IMG/VR virus record: IMGVR_UViG_3300043436_004382
Coordinates: 1-64,000 of that record
Length of the DNA: 64,000 nucleotides
Direction: 5' to 3' (one strand)
Source: a virus
A program made the translations under genes and the position numbers. Below are positions 26,071 through 36,202 of the stretch, one piece after another (position 1 is the first letter of the stretch; the number at the start of each line of letters is the position of its first letter). Below the pieces are notes generated by a model, which saw only the letters and a program-made list of their open reading frames with translations, made no database searches and was not told the origin of the DNA.

Positions 26071-26559
26071 TTATTCTTTTCCAACTTTTTTTACGTTTGC
26101 CCAAGATTTACTTGGAGAAGCTGAGTTTACTCTTGCCATTGCCCATTGATGAGCCGTCATTCCAGGTCTTGAACCTGAAGAATAGAAAGCACCTAGACCC
26201 TTAACGTATTCTCTTTTAAGATCCGCGAATGAGTAACCTTTTTTGGTTGCAACTGCCCTAATCTTAGCAAGAGTTTCTTTGCTTAAGTTTTTACCAGCCT
26301 TTTTAGCTTCATCGACTTGTGAATCCTTACGTGGAGTGTTCTTCCAGTCCGGTTTAGACCTTTCAGCCTTTTCCATTTCATCACGCAACTTATAAGCCTC
26401 CTCCTTTTTACCAGCTTTCAATAAGGCTTGAGCCTTATCTAACTTAGAGTCTCGGGAACTTCCCTCAGGCGCTTTGTATTTAGCCGGATGATTTGATTTG
26501 GCCTCGTTAAGTGTGTACTCATTGAAGCTCTGAATTAATGACTTAAGCATTGGGTTCAA
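26071..26559 (-). CDS. Lys-rich basic hypothetical protein
   Basis: 162 aa, very basic; C-terminal GSRPGMTAHQWAMARVNS. Confidence 0.45.
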   Translation of the reverse strand: MNPMLKSLIQSFNEYTLNEAKSNHPAKYKAPEGSSRDSKLDKAQALLKAGKKEEAYKLRDEMEKAERSKPDWKNTPRKDSQVDEAKKAGKNLSKETLAKIRAVATKKGYSFADLKREYVKGLGAFYSSGSRPGMTAHQWAMARVNSASPSKSWANVKKVGKE

Positions 26560-27123
26560 TTATTTTTTGATAGCTGCAAGCTTTGCGTTAGCCGCGTCGA
26601 TCTTAGCGATCTTAGAATCAAAGAAGCTCTTGAATTTAGTAACGATAGCTTTGATCTTGTCTGAAATCTTAGCGATTACAGCTTTAGCCTTATCGGTTAA
26701 TTTGCCCTCGTCTAATTTGTTAATTTCAAAAGAGTGTTTAACTTGAGTAATGCTAGTATTCTGTCTAACACATTCGTTGATGATTGCTTGAGCAGCTTCG
26801 TCAACCTGAGCAAGAGCCTGTTCAACAGCTTTTCCATAAGCTACAGCAGTTCCTTCTCCACCGTATCTTGTAATTTTCATTACGTACTTCTCAGTAGTTG
26901 CCAATTTATCGTTAAGAATCTTCATTGCATCAAAGATAGGTTTAACCGATGCGTCGAATTCCTTTAGCTCTCCTTCGATGGCTTTAGTTTCAGTAGTCAA
27001 AGCTTTCAATCTTTCTTTGATTTCGTGAATTCTTTCTAACTTAGCAATGATAGCTTTGTCTTTTAGTTGTGCTTCGTTAACTTGTGACTCGTTAACAAAT
27101 TCTGTGAACTTTAACAGTTTCAT
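26560..27123 (-). CDS. Hypothetical protein with a capsid-targeting-like N-terminus (MKLLKFTEFVNESQ)
   Basis: 187-aa Ala/Lys-rich helical protein; member of the N-terminal motif family. Confidence 0.55.
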   Translation of the reverse strand: MKLLKFTEFVNESQVNEAQLKDKAIIAKLERIHEIKERLKALTTETKAIEGELKEFDASVKPIFDAMKILNDKLATTEKYVMKITRYGGEGTAVAYGKAVEQALAQVDEAAQAIINECVRQNTSITQVKHSFEINKLDEGKLTDKAKAVIAKISDKIKAIVTKFKSFFDSKIAKIDAANAKLAAIKK

Positions 27124-27168
27124 GTAGATTCGTGTAATTTTAGGTTATTTATTTGGTGATGATTACCA

Positions 27169-27711
27169 CTAATCATCATAATCATCGTAATCATCAGGCT
27201 CATCAATTCTGTCAACCGCCGCCTGTAAGTCAGTCGAAAAGTCACCGAATATCTGTTTAAGCTGATTAGTATTATATAGACTTATAAATCTAGTTGAGAA
27301 TGCCTTTAGCTCACTACCCTCTAGCTCTTTCCAGTTGTTTCGCCAATCTCCTGAGTAAACTAGCTCAGAGATACGCTCTTCACTTGCCTCTTCCTTGAGT
27401 CCCAATCTAATGAGTTGAGCTGAAGTCTCAGGGTCTGATGGATTCAACAAATCAATAATTTCATCCCTGATTTCAGAATTAACAAATTTCGCAGCGTTAG
27501 TTACGTGATAGATTTCATAATCCTCAACGAAATCAAATGAGAATGGTATGCCAACTTCTGGATCAGCCGGTTGATGATCCCATGTTAAGTCTACATCAAA
27601 GCCGTGAACATCGTAAATTTCACCATCTATCATGAAAAGTTGCTCTTCTATCTCAATTCCATGAAGAGATTCGTTTAGTGATATAAATTCATTAAATTTC
27701 TTTAGTTTCAT
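27169..27711 (-). CDS. Hypothetical acidic protein with a capsid-targeting-like N-terminus (MKLKKFNEFISLNESL)
   Basis: 180 aa with a DDYDDYDD C-terminus; motif family member. Confidence 0.55.
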   Translation of the reverse strand: MKLKKFNEFISLNESLHGIEIEEQLFMIDGEIYDVHGFDVDLTWDHQPADPEVGIPFSFDFVEDYEIYHVTNAAKFVNSEIRDEIIDLLNPSDPETSAQLIRLGLKEEASEERISELVYSGDWRNNWKELEGSELKAFSTRFISLYNTNQLKQIFGDFSTDLQAAVDRIDEPDDYDDYDD

Positions 27712-27991
27712 CCGGTATTGCGGAATTTTTATTATTTATTCCACATCGGTTTAAAACTTGAACCTGAATTGACATTCCATCAGGATTCTTACTGACCTTG
27801 ATTGTTGCCTCTGAGAATCCTCTAACAAAGAAAAGATCCTCGATTACCTCCTGTAAATCGTCAGGATAAACTTCCGGATGTACTACGCCCGGCTGGTAAG
27901 GATCATGTTCTAATTTCTCAGCGAACTCTTGAACGAGTCTTGCCAGTTCAACGTCCTTCTGTTTTCGATTTTGTTCAGAGCCTTTAATCAT
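27692..27991 (-). CDS. Hypothetical protein
   Basis: 99-aa ORF. Confidence 0.35.
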   Translation of the reverse strand: MIKGSEQNRKQKDVELARLVQEFAEKLEHDPYQPGVVHPEVYPDDLQEVIEDLFFVRGFSEATIKVSKNPDGMSIQVQVLNRCGINNKNSAIPDETKEI

Positions 27992-28006
27992 TGACCTAAT
28001 AATTGA

Positions 28007-28696
28007 TTAACCTATGTATTTAGCAAAGTTAACGGCAGCTTTGTAGGCATCCTCATAAGAATGAATCGTTTTACTTCCACGCAACTTAAAAGGAATATGA
28101 CCTACTGCCCATTTGTTTAGAGTGAATTCCTCTTCCTTATGATCAGATCCACTTTGTACCCACTCAGAGTATTCAGTTTGAAATTCTCCCAAATACTTTG
28201 CGTAATGCTTTTCAAGAGCAAGCAATTCATCGTCGGTTGGAACCCAATTTGCATCGAATAACTTGTCGCCCTTACCGAAAGCACAGGCAGCTCTATGTGA
28301 GTAACCTATCCACTGCTTTGCCTCTTTGCTCCAGGCAGTATGAGGATGAGAACCCTTTGTTGCTCTCAAGCCGTTATTGTAGTACCACCAACCCTCTTCG
28401 ATTGAGCCAACGTACTTTCCATCGGGGTTCATGCACGAATTCGGCAATGTGTACTCGTCATTTGGTCCAAACTTGTGAGTCTCAACCTTAAGACCCGTGT
28501 TCTTTTTAATCACCTCAATGCAGTCAGGATTTACGACCCAACCGTTCTCATCTCTAAACGGAGTTATGCGACTGACTAACTTGGTGAATCCAAGGTTCAG
28601 GTGAATTTTATTTAGCTTATCTTTTCCTGAATAGTGAGGAAACTTTTCAAACTTAAGTCTGATCTTTCCCAAATAGGGTGTAGTGTTTTTAATCAT
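28007..28696 (-). CDS. Hypothetical protein
   Basis: 229-aa ORF; no recognisable motif. Confidence 0.45.
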   Translation of the reverse strand: MIKNTTPYLGKIRLKFEKFPHYSGKDKLNKIHLNLGFTKLVSRITPFRDENGWVVNPDCIEVIKKNTGLKVETHKFGPNDEYTLPNSCMNPDGKYVGSIEEGWWYYNNGLRATKGSHPHTAWSKEAKQWIGYSHRAACAFGKGDKLFDANWVPTDDELLALEKHYAKYLGEFQTEYSEWVQSGSDHKEEEFTLNKWAVGHIPFKLRGSKTIHSYEDAYKAAVNFAKYIG

Positions 28697-28701
28697 CTTT
28701 A

Positions 28702-28974
28702 TTATTTTATTTGAATTAGTGTTGAATGATTAGATTCTTTATAGAGTAATAAGCTAACCGTATCGTCTAGTGTCAGAGAATAGAGTCCAGACTTTTCAAT
28801 CGCTTCTGAAATTTTTTCTACCTTTAATCTTGAAACGTGTTTTGGCATTCTAATTTCGATCTTAGCGACTTCCCTAGGTCTTGAGCTTTCCCATTTTATA
28901 CCGAGTACGATTAAGTAAGCAGCGATCGATATGGCTACCATAAATAAAGCCGGTCCGAATATTTTTCTAATCAT
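28702..28974 (-). CDS. Small membrane protein
   Basis: N-terminal TM helix FMVAISIAAYLIVLGI. Confidence 0.4.
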   Translation of the reverse strand: MIRKIFGPALFMVAISIAAYLIVLGIKWESSRPREVAKIEIRMPKHVSRLKVEKISEAIEKSGLYSLTLDDTVSLLLYKESNHSTLIQIK

Positions 28975-28990
28975 GCGTATTGTTAATTTG

Positions 28991-29075
28991 CGGAGAGGGA
29001 GGGATTCGAACCCCCGTTAGTGTTACCTAAAACGGTTTTCAAGACCGCCGCGTTCAACCGCTCTGCCACCTCTCC
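28991..29075 (-). tRNA. tRNA-Ser (TGA), class II
   Basis: GGAGAGG-TG-GCAGAGCGGTTGAACGC..GCGGT-CTTGAAA-ACCGT, variable arm TTTAGGTAACACTAAC, GGGGGTTCGAATCCCTC-CCTCTCC-G. Confidence 0.75.
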
Positions 29076-29249
29076 GTTGATTAAATTCCTCTTTCGATTT
29101 CTTGTTGAAGAATGCTAATCGTTGTTTCAATGAGATCCTGATTATGGAACTCTTTGACTTCTTTTATCTGATCGTAACTAAGGACAGCCTTTGCTGTTTG
29201 ACCGTCCTTAGTTATTGATACAGTTATTTCAATTTTTTCTGTTGAATTA

Positions 29250-30086
29250 TTACTTGACATTGTACATCATGTTTGTACCTGCTCCCAATTGAGTTGTCGG
29301 TAGTGTACCGTTCCATTTCTCAATCCACATTTGCTGTAAGAGCATTGGTGTAATTGACGATTGCTTCAATCGATAAGATTCAGCTTCTGCTTTTGCTTGA
29401 GTCAACATGGCTTGAGCATTACCTTCAGCCTTTGCTACCTGGATCTTTGCGTTCGCCTCAGCCGTTTTTACCTGATTCTCAGCGGTCAATGCGGTCTGTA
29501 CTGCATTATTCTTAGCTTCAATCGCTTTCTTAAATGTTTCAGGATAACCTAAGTTCGAGGTCAATTGGCTTATTGTGAAACCTTCTTTAAGAAGATCCTC
29601 GTCCAATTTAGCTCGTACTTTATTTTCAAAGATTTGGCGGTTTGAGATAAGCTCTTCTGCTGTGTAGGCATTAGCTGTCATACGAAATGCATCGTATAGA
29701 GTAGTCTTCAAGAACCCTTCCTCAATAGATTCCAATGTTCTACGGTACTTGCTAAATATTGCTGGTACCTTTTCGCGTTGAACCGCGTAATTTATGATTG
29801 GGCTTACGTGAAACTCTGATCCATCCTTTGAATTGATCACAAATGATTGGTCTTCCGTGTACTCCTTGTGTTGGATAAAGGTTGGGAACTCGTAAATCTT
29901 GGTGGAAATTGGATTGTAAAAAACCATTCCGGTACATTCAGTAACGTCTCCGACGCCCTTACCAGTTCCATACAGGTTTACTCTGACTCCGACGTGTCCA
30001 GCGTCGATACGTTCGCATGAGTTCATCAATAGAGTCAATGCGGTAAAAAAGCCGATTACGGCTAGGATTAATTTTCCTCTGTTCAT
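29250..30086 (-). CDS. SPFH/band-7 (prohibitin/HflC-like) domain protein with signal peptide
   Basis: Lipoprotein-like signal LLMNSC; AGHVGVRVNLYGTGKGV..VTECTGMVFYNP..AEANAKIQVAKAEGNAQA typical of the SPFH family. Confidence 0.6.
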   Translation of the reverse strand: MNRGKLILAVIGFFTALTLLMNSCERIDAGHVGVRVNLYGTGKGVGDVTECTGMVFYNPISTKIYEFPTFIQHKEYTEDQSFVINSKDGSEFHVSPIINYAVQREKVPAIFSKYRRTLESIEEGFLKTTLYDAFRMTANAYTAEELISNRQIFENKVRAKLDEDLLKEGFTISQLTSNLGYPETFKKAIEAKNNAVQTALTAENQVKTAEANAKIQVAKAEGNAQAMLTQAKAEAESYRLKQSSITPMLLQQMWIEKWNGTLPTTQLGAGTNMMYNVK

Positions 30087-30115
30087 TTTTATTTGTTTTT
30101 AAGTTGTTTAAATAA

Positions 30116-30346
30116 TTAGTGATACTTAGAGTCTTCTGTTTCTTCGAACTTCTTTTCTATCCAGTCTCCCACCCTTTTCCAAATGTAGGTTCCTGATAAG
30201 AAAGCAATTCCAGTAAGTACCATGACTCCAAGCCAAAATAGCGGAGTGCTAGGTTGATTCATTAGCCAAAAAGCCAAGTGTATTGATTCGAAACCTATCG
30301 CTAAGCATAGGACGAATATTGCGATTTGTTTGATTTTATTCTTCAT
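30116..30346 (-). CDS. Small membrane protein (two TM helices)
   Basis: 76-aa ORF with two hydrophobic helices. Confidence 0.4.
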   Translation of the reverse strand: MKNKIKQIAIFVLCLAIGFESIHLAFWLMNQPSTPLFWLGVMVLTGIAFLSGTYIWKRVGDWIEKKFEETEDSKYH

Positions 30347-30353
30347 AATGTTA

Positions 30354-31037
30354 TTATACTAAATCTTGAGAATTTGGTTCAATGTCTATTGTGTATGGCA
30401 TTTCATATCTGAGCTCGTATCTTAGAGTAACCATTGATGCATTGATAAAAATGGTTCCATCAATCTCTTCCTTGCCTCGAGCCTCATGAATGTGGCCAAA
30501 GACATGAACTTTAGGTTTTATCTGCTTGACCTTTTCCAATAGAGTTGGACAACCTACATGGTCACGATCGTACTCAGTAAAATCAAGTATTCCTTCAGGC
30601 GGACCGTGAGTTATCAAGACATCAATTCCTTCAGGAATCAGGTCCCAATGTGGTTTAATTTCATGTGGATATCGATTGAATGCCCAGTTATGAAAGTACG
30701 GCGTGATTGGACTACCCCAAAACTTTATGCCCTCAATCGTTGCTCCACTTTCGTTTAGATAGGTAATTCCAGGATACTCTGCAATCAAGGCCTCAACCTC
30801 CTCAGGCTTGGCCACTTCAAAAAAGAAGTCATGATTGCCTGAGATTAGGATCTTATGCGTGTAAGGAAGTTTACTGAACCAGTCAAGAAACTGTCGAATC
30901 TCGGATTCGGTGCCTCGACCGCTCACATCTCCTGCGTGCACCAAAATCGGGCCACCAGGTAGGAGATCATTCATTTCCATACGGTCTTGTGCGTCTCTCA
31001 CAAGCCAATGAGTATCTGATATAAATGTTATTTGCAT
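30354..31037 (-). CDS. Calcineurin-like metallophosphoesterase
   Basis: ISDTH, HAGDVSGRG, SGNHD, THGPP and GHIHE motifs. Confidence 0.7.
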   Translation of the reverse strand: MQITFISDTHWLVRDAQDRMEMNDLLPGGPILVHAGDVSGRGTESEIRQFLDWFSKLPYTHKILISGNHDFFFEVAKPEEVEALIAEYPGITYLNESGATIEGIKFWGSPITPYFHNWAFNRYPHEIKPHWDLIPEGIDVLITHGPPEGILDFTEYDRDHVGCPTLLEKVKQIKPKVHVFGHIHEARGKEEIDGTIFINASMVTLRYELRYEMPYTIDIEPNSQDLV

Positions 31038-31312
31038 TAGGCTTTTAGATTTTCAATTAGTTCTTTAATTTTAGCATGAGGTAGGATTCCGCTTTTACGG
31101 TCAACCTCAACTCCATCCTTTTCAAATACGATGGTAGGAATCGAACGAATTCCGGACTTAGCGGCAGCTTCCGGATCTTCTTCAACGTTCACTTTTTTGA
31201 TCTGAACTTCGCTATCTGGAACATTATATTCCTCTGCGAGTTTTTCAATTGTTGGCATTAGCATGTTGCAAGGGCCGCACCATGGAGCCCAATAGTCAGT
31301 TACAGTTATCAT
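31037..31312 (-). CDS. Thioredoxin
   Basis: WAPWCGPC active-site motif in a 91-aa protein. Confidence 0.8.
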   Translation of the reverse strand: MITVTDYWAPWCGPCNMLMPTIEKLAEEYNVPDSEVQIKKVNVEEDPEAAAKSGIRSIPTIVFEKDGVEVDRKSGILPHAKIKELIENLKA

Positions 31313-31537
31313 TTAATTTAATTTTTTTTGATCCTTTAATTGGAATTGTTCGTTTACGTGATTGCAGCTCGAGCATGCAAACGCAGGAATTGGCACGATC
31401 ATGTCTTCCGGAGCACCGGTCAATAATCGAGAAATACGTCTAAGGTAAGTAACCTCTTTGAATGTTTGGCTGCCGCACTCGTCACAGACAATTGCTGTTG
31501 AGTTTTCCAAGCCAACCTTAATGTTAGATTGATCCAT
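31313..31537 (-). CDS. Zinc-ribbon small protein
   Basis: CDEC...CSSC pairs. Confidence 0.45.
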   Translation of the reverse strand: MDQSNIKVGLENSTAIVCDECGSQTFKEVTYLRRISRLLTGAPEDMIVPIPAFACSSCNHVNEQFQLKDQKKLN

Positions 31538-31561
31538 GAATAGAATTTTAGACTATTCTAC

Positions 31562-32059
31562 TCAATTTCCCTCAATTGGTTTAGTTGTGGGCATCTTTTT
31601 TACGGCATCAGCAATCGCTTTCTTTAGAGCAGTAGATAAAGTTGTCTTGTCGAATGGGATTTGATCGTCATTTAATTGAATGAACACCATTTGTGCAGAA
31701 GTTTCTTCAGCTCCACGGCCTTCGTATGAAAGACCGGCCATGTGGATCTTAATCATCACCTCAGTCGTTTGAACTGCTCCACCGACTCCTCCAACCGTGA
31801 AGCTCTTTTTTGGAGTTCCAACGTAGGCAACCTCGATCCCTATGGGCTCACCTGTCTGGCAGATTTGGTACTTATTGGAAAGCTCTTCTTCGGCGATCTG
31901 GCGAATCCCGAATGTGATCCTGCGATTCTTTAATTCCTTTATCTTAGCCGTCGTGTAGACTGTATCTACCTTGACACAGGTCTGGCTTTGTAAGGTTTGA
32001 CTAGAGACTTGAAGTTGTACTCCAAGGATAAGGGTTAAAAAGAAGATAAACTGTTTCAT
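31562..32059 (-). CDS. Secreted hypothetical protein
   Basis: Signal peptide MKQFIFFLTLILGVQLQVSSQ. Confidence 0.45.
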   Translation of the reverse strand: MKQFIFFLTLILGVQLQVSSQTLQSQTCVKVDTVYTTAKIKELKNRRITFGIRQIAEEELSNKYQICQTGEPIGIEVAYVGTPKKSFTVGGVGGAVQTTEVMIKIHMAGLSYEGRGAEETSAQMVFIQLNDDQIPFDKTTLSTALKKAIADAVKKMPTTKPIEGN

Positions 32060-32069
32060 GTGATTGTTT

Positions 32070-34436
32070 TTATTTTATTAAGCCGGTTTTGACGATATAG
32101 AAATTCGTAGTTCCGCCGGAGGTTAAGGTAGGTGTCGTTATGGACTGAACTCCAGGATGAGTTGAGACTAAATTACTTGAACTTGAGTTTATGGTTGACC
32201 ATTGTGATGCTGTGAATATTCTGTAATTTGGAGTAGAGTACGGCCACGTAGAAATTAATCCGCTTCTTTTAGCATGAACTACGAATACATCAGCAATTGA
32301 TAGAATTCCATTAGAGTTAGCGTCCATTCGATAATAGTCTTTCGATACAAATGATTGGTACAGGACCTTTTGATTAAAGGACAACGCATCTGCTGAGCTT
32401 GGAGAGTCGACTATCGCTGTGTTGATATTGATCGTAAAATCGTGTTGATTAACGCTTAATGAAGTAGAGAATGAGTAGCTTCCGTTTGCAGCAGTTGTCG
32501 AAGAGCTCAATAAGTTGTACACCAAGTCAGTCTTTAATTTATAGGTCAGGTTGACCACAACATTTTGAATTCCGGTATTCTCAGCATTGTACACAAAGCC
32601 GGCATGAGTGAATGGCGCAACTGTGATTGTTCCAGCAGCAGAGAACGCATTTCCGCAAGTACCGCTACTCAGCTGAACTCTGAACAGAGTACCGTCTGTT
32701 TGGTTTGAGTATGAATTAGTTGTTCCAGTATTTGCAATATCGGTCCATGTTACTCCAGAATTTGTTGATCTTTGCCATTTGACAATTGTTCCGGTGTGAC
32801 CGCTCAAGGTCAAAGTTCCTGAATTTGTCGCGGTTGGATGAACTGCTGATGACACCGATCCGCCAGTCGGTGGAGTTCCGGAAGTCACCGTAATTATTTT
32901 TGAATCTGAAAATACTGCGCTTCCGCAGCTAGGAGTCTGCACCTCAACTCGATAATAATAAGTTCCAGCAGTATTAACTGTTTGTGTTAAGCTTGTGCTG
33001 GTGTTTGCAATATCCGTCCAATTTACGTTATTGACCGAACGTTGCCATTTATTTACATTACCTTGTTGACCGGACAGGGTCAATTCAGCCAGACCGCCTG
33101 AACATATTGAGTTGTTTGCAGCGAATACTGTGCCGGCTCTGGTCGGTTTAACTGATAAAAATACGCTTGATGTTGCGAGTCCTGCGCACGAGACTGGGCT
33201 CGTTGAATTTACGATTGCCCTATAGTAAGTTGTCCTAGTTAGGTTAGTAATTGTTAGGGTTGATGAGGTGCTTGAAATTGTTGTCCCAGCTGTAAAGAAA
33301 TTATCAAGCGAAGATTCCCAACGTACTACTGACCCCGTTAAATTAGTTAGAGTTAGAGTTGTACTGTTTGAACCTGAGCATACATTAATATTTCCACCCG
33401 TGATATAACCGCTTGAAGAATTACTAATTTCAACAGCCCTAGTCAGAATTGTAACACTGCTTGTAATATCTCCAGGCATGTCCCCATACTCGCAAAGGTA
33501 TCCGCCTAGAATCGTGTTAGGTAAATCGTTCCATTGTCCTAGATTAGCAGAATAGAACTGACCATAATGCTCACCACCTGAATTGTTGGGTTCTCCTGGC
33601 GCCCACTTAGCGTATTGGCCAGATACGGTGGTTGGACCTGAGCCAGTATTACCGTTTGAAAAGTTGATTCCTTTTTCGGGACCTGATATCCAGTGCCATC
33701 TACCCTCAACTGCGGCTTGACTGGCAAATGCTGTGGTTCCCTTTGCTGAGTTTACCAAGCCAACTTCGTCCGATGCACCGAACCAGCAATCACTGGCCAT
33801 TAGTCGCCAAACAAAATTATTTTCAGCTTCCGATGACATTGTTGCTAAATAGCCTGCTCTACCAAAATAAGATCGAGCTTGAGCAGAGGTTACTGAGTTT
33901 GTAAAGGTTATTGAGCCAGCTACGTATTCATAAAAGTGCTCAGTGAGAGGATTATAGAAAACTGCTCCAGCTACGAATGTTACTCTTCTTTGTAGTGCAT
34001 AACACGTCGTAGTGGTCGATCTAAATTCGACTCCTCTCAATACCGTTTGCCAGTCGGAAGCGGATGCTGTTCCACTAAATGCAAGTATTCCAGTAGTAGT
34101 ATTAAAGGACGAGCTAACTCCAGAAGGCAGAGTCCCAGTAGAGCGTAATTGATCTCCGCTCGTATATGTTTGTGAAATTTGAACCCTGAAGCCAGTGATG
34201 GTTCCATTCGCCGTTATTGTAATATTAGGATCAACCTTTGTCCAAGTATTGTACGTAGCTGACAAGGTTGAGGTACTGGAAGTTCCAAGATTAACTGAGG
34301 TCGCTTGAGCCATCGCTAATTTAGGGAATAGTAAAGCGAACGCAAGTATTATTAAAATAATGTTTTTCATATTTAAAGTACAAGTCTTGTTCCAATTGTT
34401 ATCGTGTAGTTCAACACATTTTGATTTATGGCCCAC
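32070..34436 (-). CDS. Large secreted surface/adhesin-like protein with a C-type lectin-like domain, Ig-like repeats and a dockerin/EF-hand-like C-terminal segment
   Basis: WAPGEPNNSGGEHYGQF...GQWNDLPN is a classic CTLD EPN/WND signature. The N-terminus has a TM/signal. Repeated ..KWQRS..W(T)DIANT.. modules. Confidence 0.55.
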   Translation of the reverse strand: MGHKSKCVELHDNNWNKTCTLNMKNIILIILAFALLFPKLAMAQATSVNLGTSSTSTLSATYNTWTKVDPNITITANGTITGFRVQISQTYTSGDQLRSTGTLPSGVSSSFNTTTGILAFSGTASASDWQTVLRGVEFRSTTTTCYALQRRVTFVAGAVFYNPLTEHFYEYVAGSITFTNSVTSAQARSYFGRAGYLATMSSEAENNFVWRLMASDCWFGASDEVGLVNSAKGTTAFASQAAVEGRWHWISGPEKGINFSNGNTGSGPTTVSGQYAKWAPGEPNNSGGEHYGQFYSANLGQWNDLPNTILGGYLCEYGDMPGDITSSVTILTRAVEISNSSSGYITGGNINVCSGSNSTTLTLTNLTGSVVRWESSLDNFFTAGTTISSTSSTLTITNLTRTTYYRAIVNSTSPVSCAGLATSSVFLSVKPTRAGTVFAANNSICSGGLAELTLSGQQGNVNKWQRSVNNVNWTDIANTSTSLTQTVNTAGTYYYRVEVQTPSCGSAVFSDSKIITVTSGTPPTGGSVSSAVHPTATNSGTLTLSGHTGTIVKWQRSTNSGVTWTDIANTGTTNSYSNQTDGTLFRVQLSSGTCGNAFSAAGTITVAPFTHAGFVYNAENTGIQNVVVNLTYKLKTDLVYNLLSSSTTAANGSYSFSTSLSVNQHDFTININTAIVDSPSSADALSFNQKVLYQSFVSKDYYRMDANSNGILSIADVFVVHAKRSGLISTWPYSTPNYRIFTASQWSTINSSSSNLVSTHPGVQSITTPTLTSGGTTNFYIVKTGLIK

Positions 34437-36202
34437 GCTCCTCCCCAGTTTATGTTGAATCTAAAGTTCTTTGTCACCTTAACGTTAGTTCCAATATTCG
34501 GTAGAATAACATAAGGAGACTGTAATAAAATATCGTTGTAGTAACTCACGTATGGAGCGTAAACTCCAAGCGCCATAAGCTTAATGTCTAGCTTTTTACT
34601 GACTCTCCAGTCGTACATTCCTCCAGCAATTAGAGCGGTTCCTAAAAAAGCTTCATCGTATACTTCTCCAACTGAAGCAGACGCCATGTACACAAGTTTT
34701 AATCTTTTAGATTTTCCAATATCTCTCATCTGGCCGAATGCAACACTATTATAGATCGAACCCTTACCTTCAAATCCAACAGTTAGAGTATTTGAAAGTA
34801 ATGTGATTCGTTTAGGCTTCATCCATGCATAGAAACCAGTAATGTTAGGCCCTTTGATTGCGGTTGTGTAGTCAAATAGAAATCCATGAGATCTACGCTG
34901 ATCGTATCTAACTGACGTGTAGTTGCCATTAATCTTTCCACCGAATGCAACATCGCCGTCTTTAAAATTAAAGCCGGCTAAATCGCTACCTGCAACAACA
35001 GTAGGTTTTAATCCATTCTTTGAATTGCCTGTTCCATTAGTAGGTGTTGATCTAACTGCGTTAGTTGAACCACTTAGTGCATCTGTTTTCTTGTCTTCAG
35101 CTGCTGCTTCTGTCTTAGTTGAACCGGCGCTCGAAGATCCTGAACCATCGCTTGAGCTGCCTGAACTCGAGCTGCTGGTCGATCCACCAGTTGAACTCGA
35201 CGATCCTGAGCCTGATCCTGAACCAGCAGTTGAGCTAGAAGATCCTGAACTAGATCCGCCAGTTGAACTCGACGATCCTGAGCCTGATCCTGAACCAGTA
35301 GTTGAACTCGACGAGCTTGGGCTAGTAGTTGAGCTAGAAGATCCTGAACTAGATCCGCCAGTTGAACTCGACGAGCTTGGGCTAGTAGTTGAGCTAGAAG
35401 ATCCTGAACTAGATCCGCCAGTTGAACTCGACGATCCTGAGCCTGATCCTGAACCAGTAGTTGAGCTAGAAGATCCTGAACTAGAGGTTGATGATCCACT
35501 AGTCGATCCTCCGCCTACAGGCTGCTGAGGCGTCGAACTTCCTCCTTGAGTTGAACCGCTCTGAGATTGTGGCGTTCCTGTAGAAGATTGAGTTGAGCTT
35601 CCAGTAGATCCAGCAGTTGAGCTTGATCCGCCTGAGCCCTGTCCGCTTGCCGAAGTAGATCCAGCAGGCTGAGAACTTCCGCTGGAAGAATTTGAGGAAT
35701 TTGTTGATTGAGGCGTTCCTTGTCCGCCTGCGTCATTTGATTTAGTCTTTTTAGAATTACTACTTCTACTTCTACTTCTACTTGATCCATCCGACCCACC
35801 GCTTCCGCTGGTAACCGAAGAAGTCAAGCCTCCCAACGAATTAACACTTCCTAACGCATCACTGATTGTAGTTAATGATCCCATTATTGAGATCATTGTC
35901 ATTGCTGTATTTTGAGTAAGTGAAACGACGGTAGATGTTCCGATGCCTGCACATGGCGAAACTTGGCTGTATGAGTTAAACACCGAATTTGCCCATGAGT
36001 CAAACGTTCCATTTGAAAAGTCAGCTTCGTTAAAAACTCGTACTTGATTGTAGTAAGTTACAGCAACAGAATTTGAGCCGGCAGGAATTACAATTCTTTC
36101 GGTTTTTCCATTACATGGATTCACATAACTGTAGGTAAAGCTTTGAGCCATTGCTGACAAAGCTGTACATAATACAATTAATGTTATGAGTATCCTTTTC
36201 AT
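34373..36202 (-). CDS. Secreted protein with a long Ser/Gly/Thr-rich low-complexity region and a C-terminal predicted beta-barrel (outer-membrane protein-like)
   Basis: Signal peptide. Tandem ~60-bp DNA repeats encode SSGSSSSTGG units. C-terminal ~250 aa has alternating hydrophobic beta-strands ending in ..ITIGTRLVL. Confidence 0.5.
   Translation of the reverse strand: MKRILITLIVLCTALSAMAQSFTYSYVNPCNGKTERIVIPAGSNSVAVTYYNQVRVFNEADFSNGTFDSWANSVFNSYSQVSPCAGIGTSTVVSLTQNTAMTMISIMGSLTTISDALGSVNSLGGLTSSVTSGSGGSDGSSRSRSRSSNSKKTKSNDAGGQGTPQSTNSSNSSSGSSQPAGSTSASGQGSGGSSSTAGSTGSSTQSSTGTPQSQSGSTQGGSSTPQQPVGGGSTSGSSTSSSGSSSSTTGSGSGSGSSSSTGGSSSGSSSSTTSPSSSSSTGGSSSGSSSSTTSPSSSSSTTGSGSGSGSSSSTGGSSSGSSSSTAGSGSGSGSSSSTGGSTSSSSSGSSSDGSGSSSAGSTKTEAAAEDKKTDALSGSTNAVRSTPTNGTGNSKNGLKPTVVAGSDLAGFNFKDGDVAFGGKINGNYTSVRYDQRRSHGFLFDYTTAIKGPNITGFYAWMKPKRITLLSNTLTVGFEGKGSIYNSVAFGQMRDIGKSKRLKLVYMASASVGEVYDEAFLGTALIAGGMYDWRVSKKLDIKLMALGVYAPYVSYYNDILLQSPYVILPNIGTNVKVTKNFRFNINWGGAWAINQNVLNYTITIGTRLVL

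Noticed and set aside
34923-35799. Antisense ORFs 34923..35528 (+), 35074..35499 (-) and 35515..35799 (-)
   Set aside because: Products of the Ser/Gly tandem-repeat region of gene 34373..36202 read in other frames.
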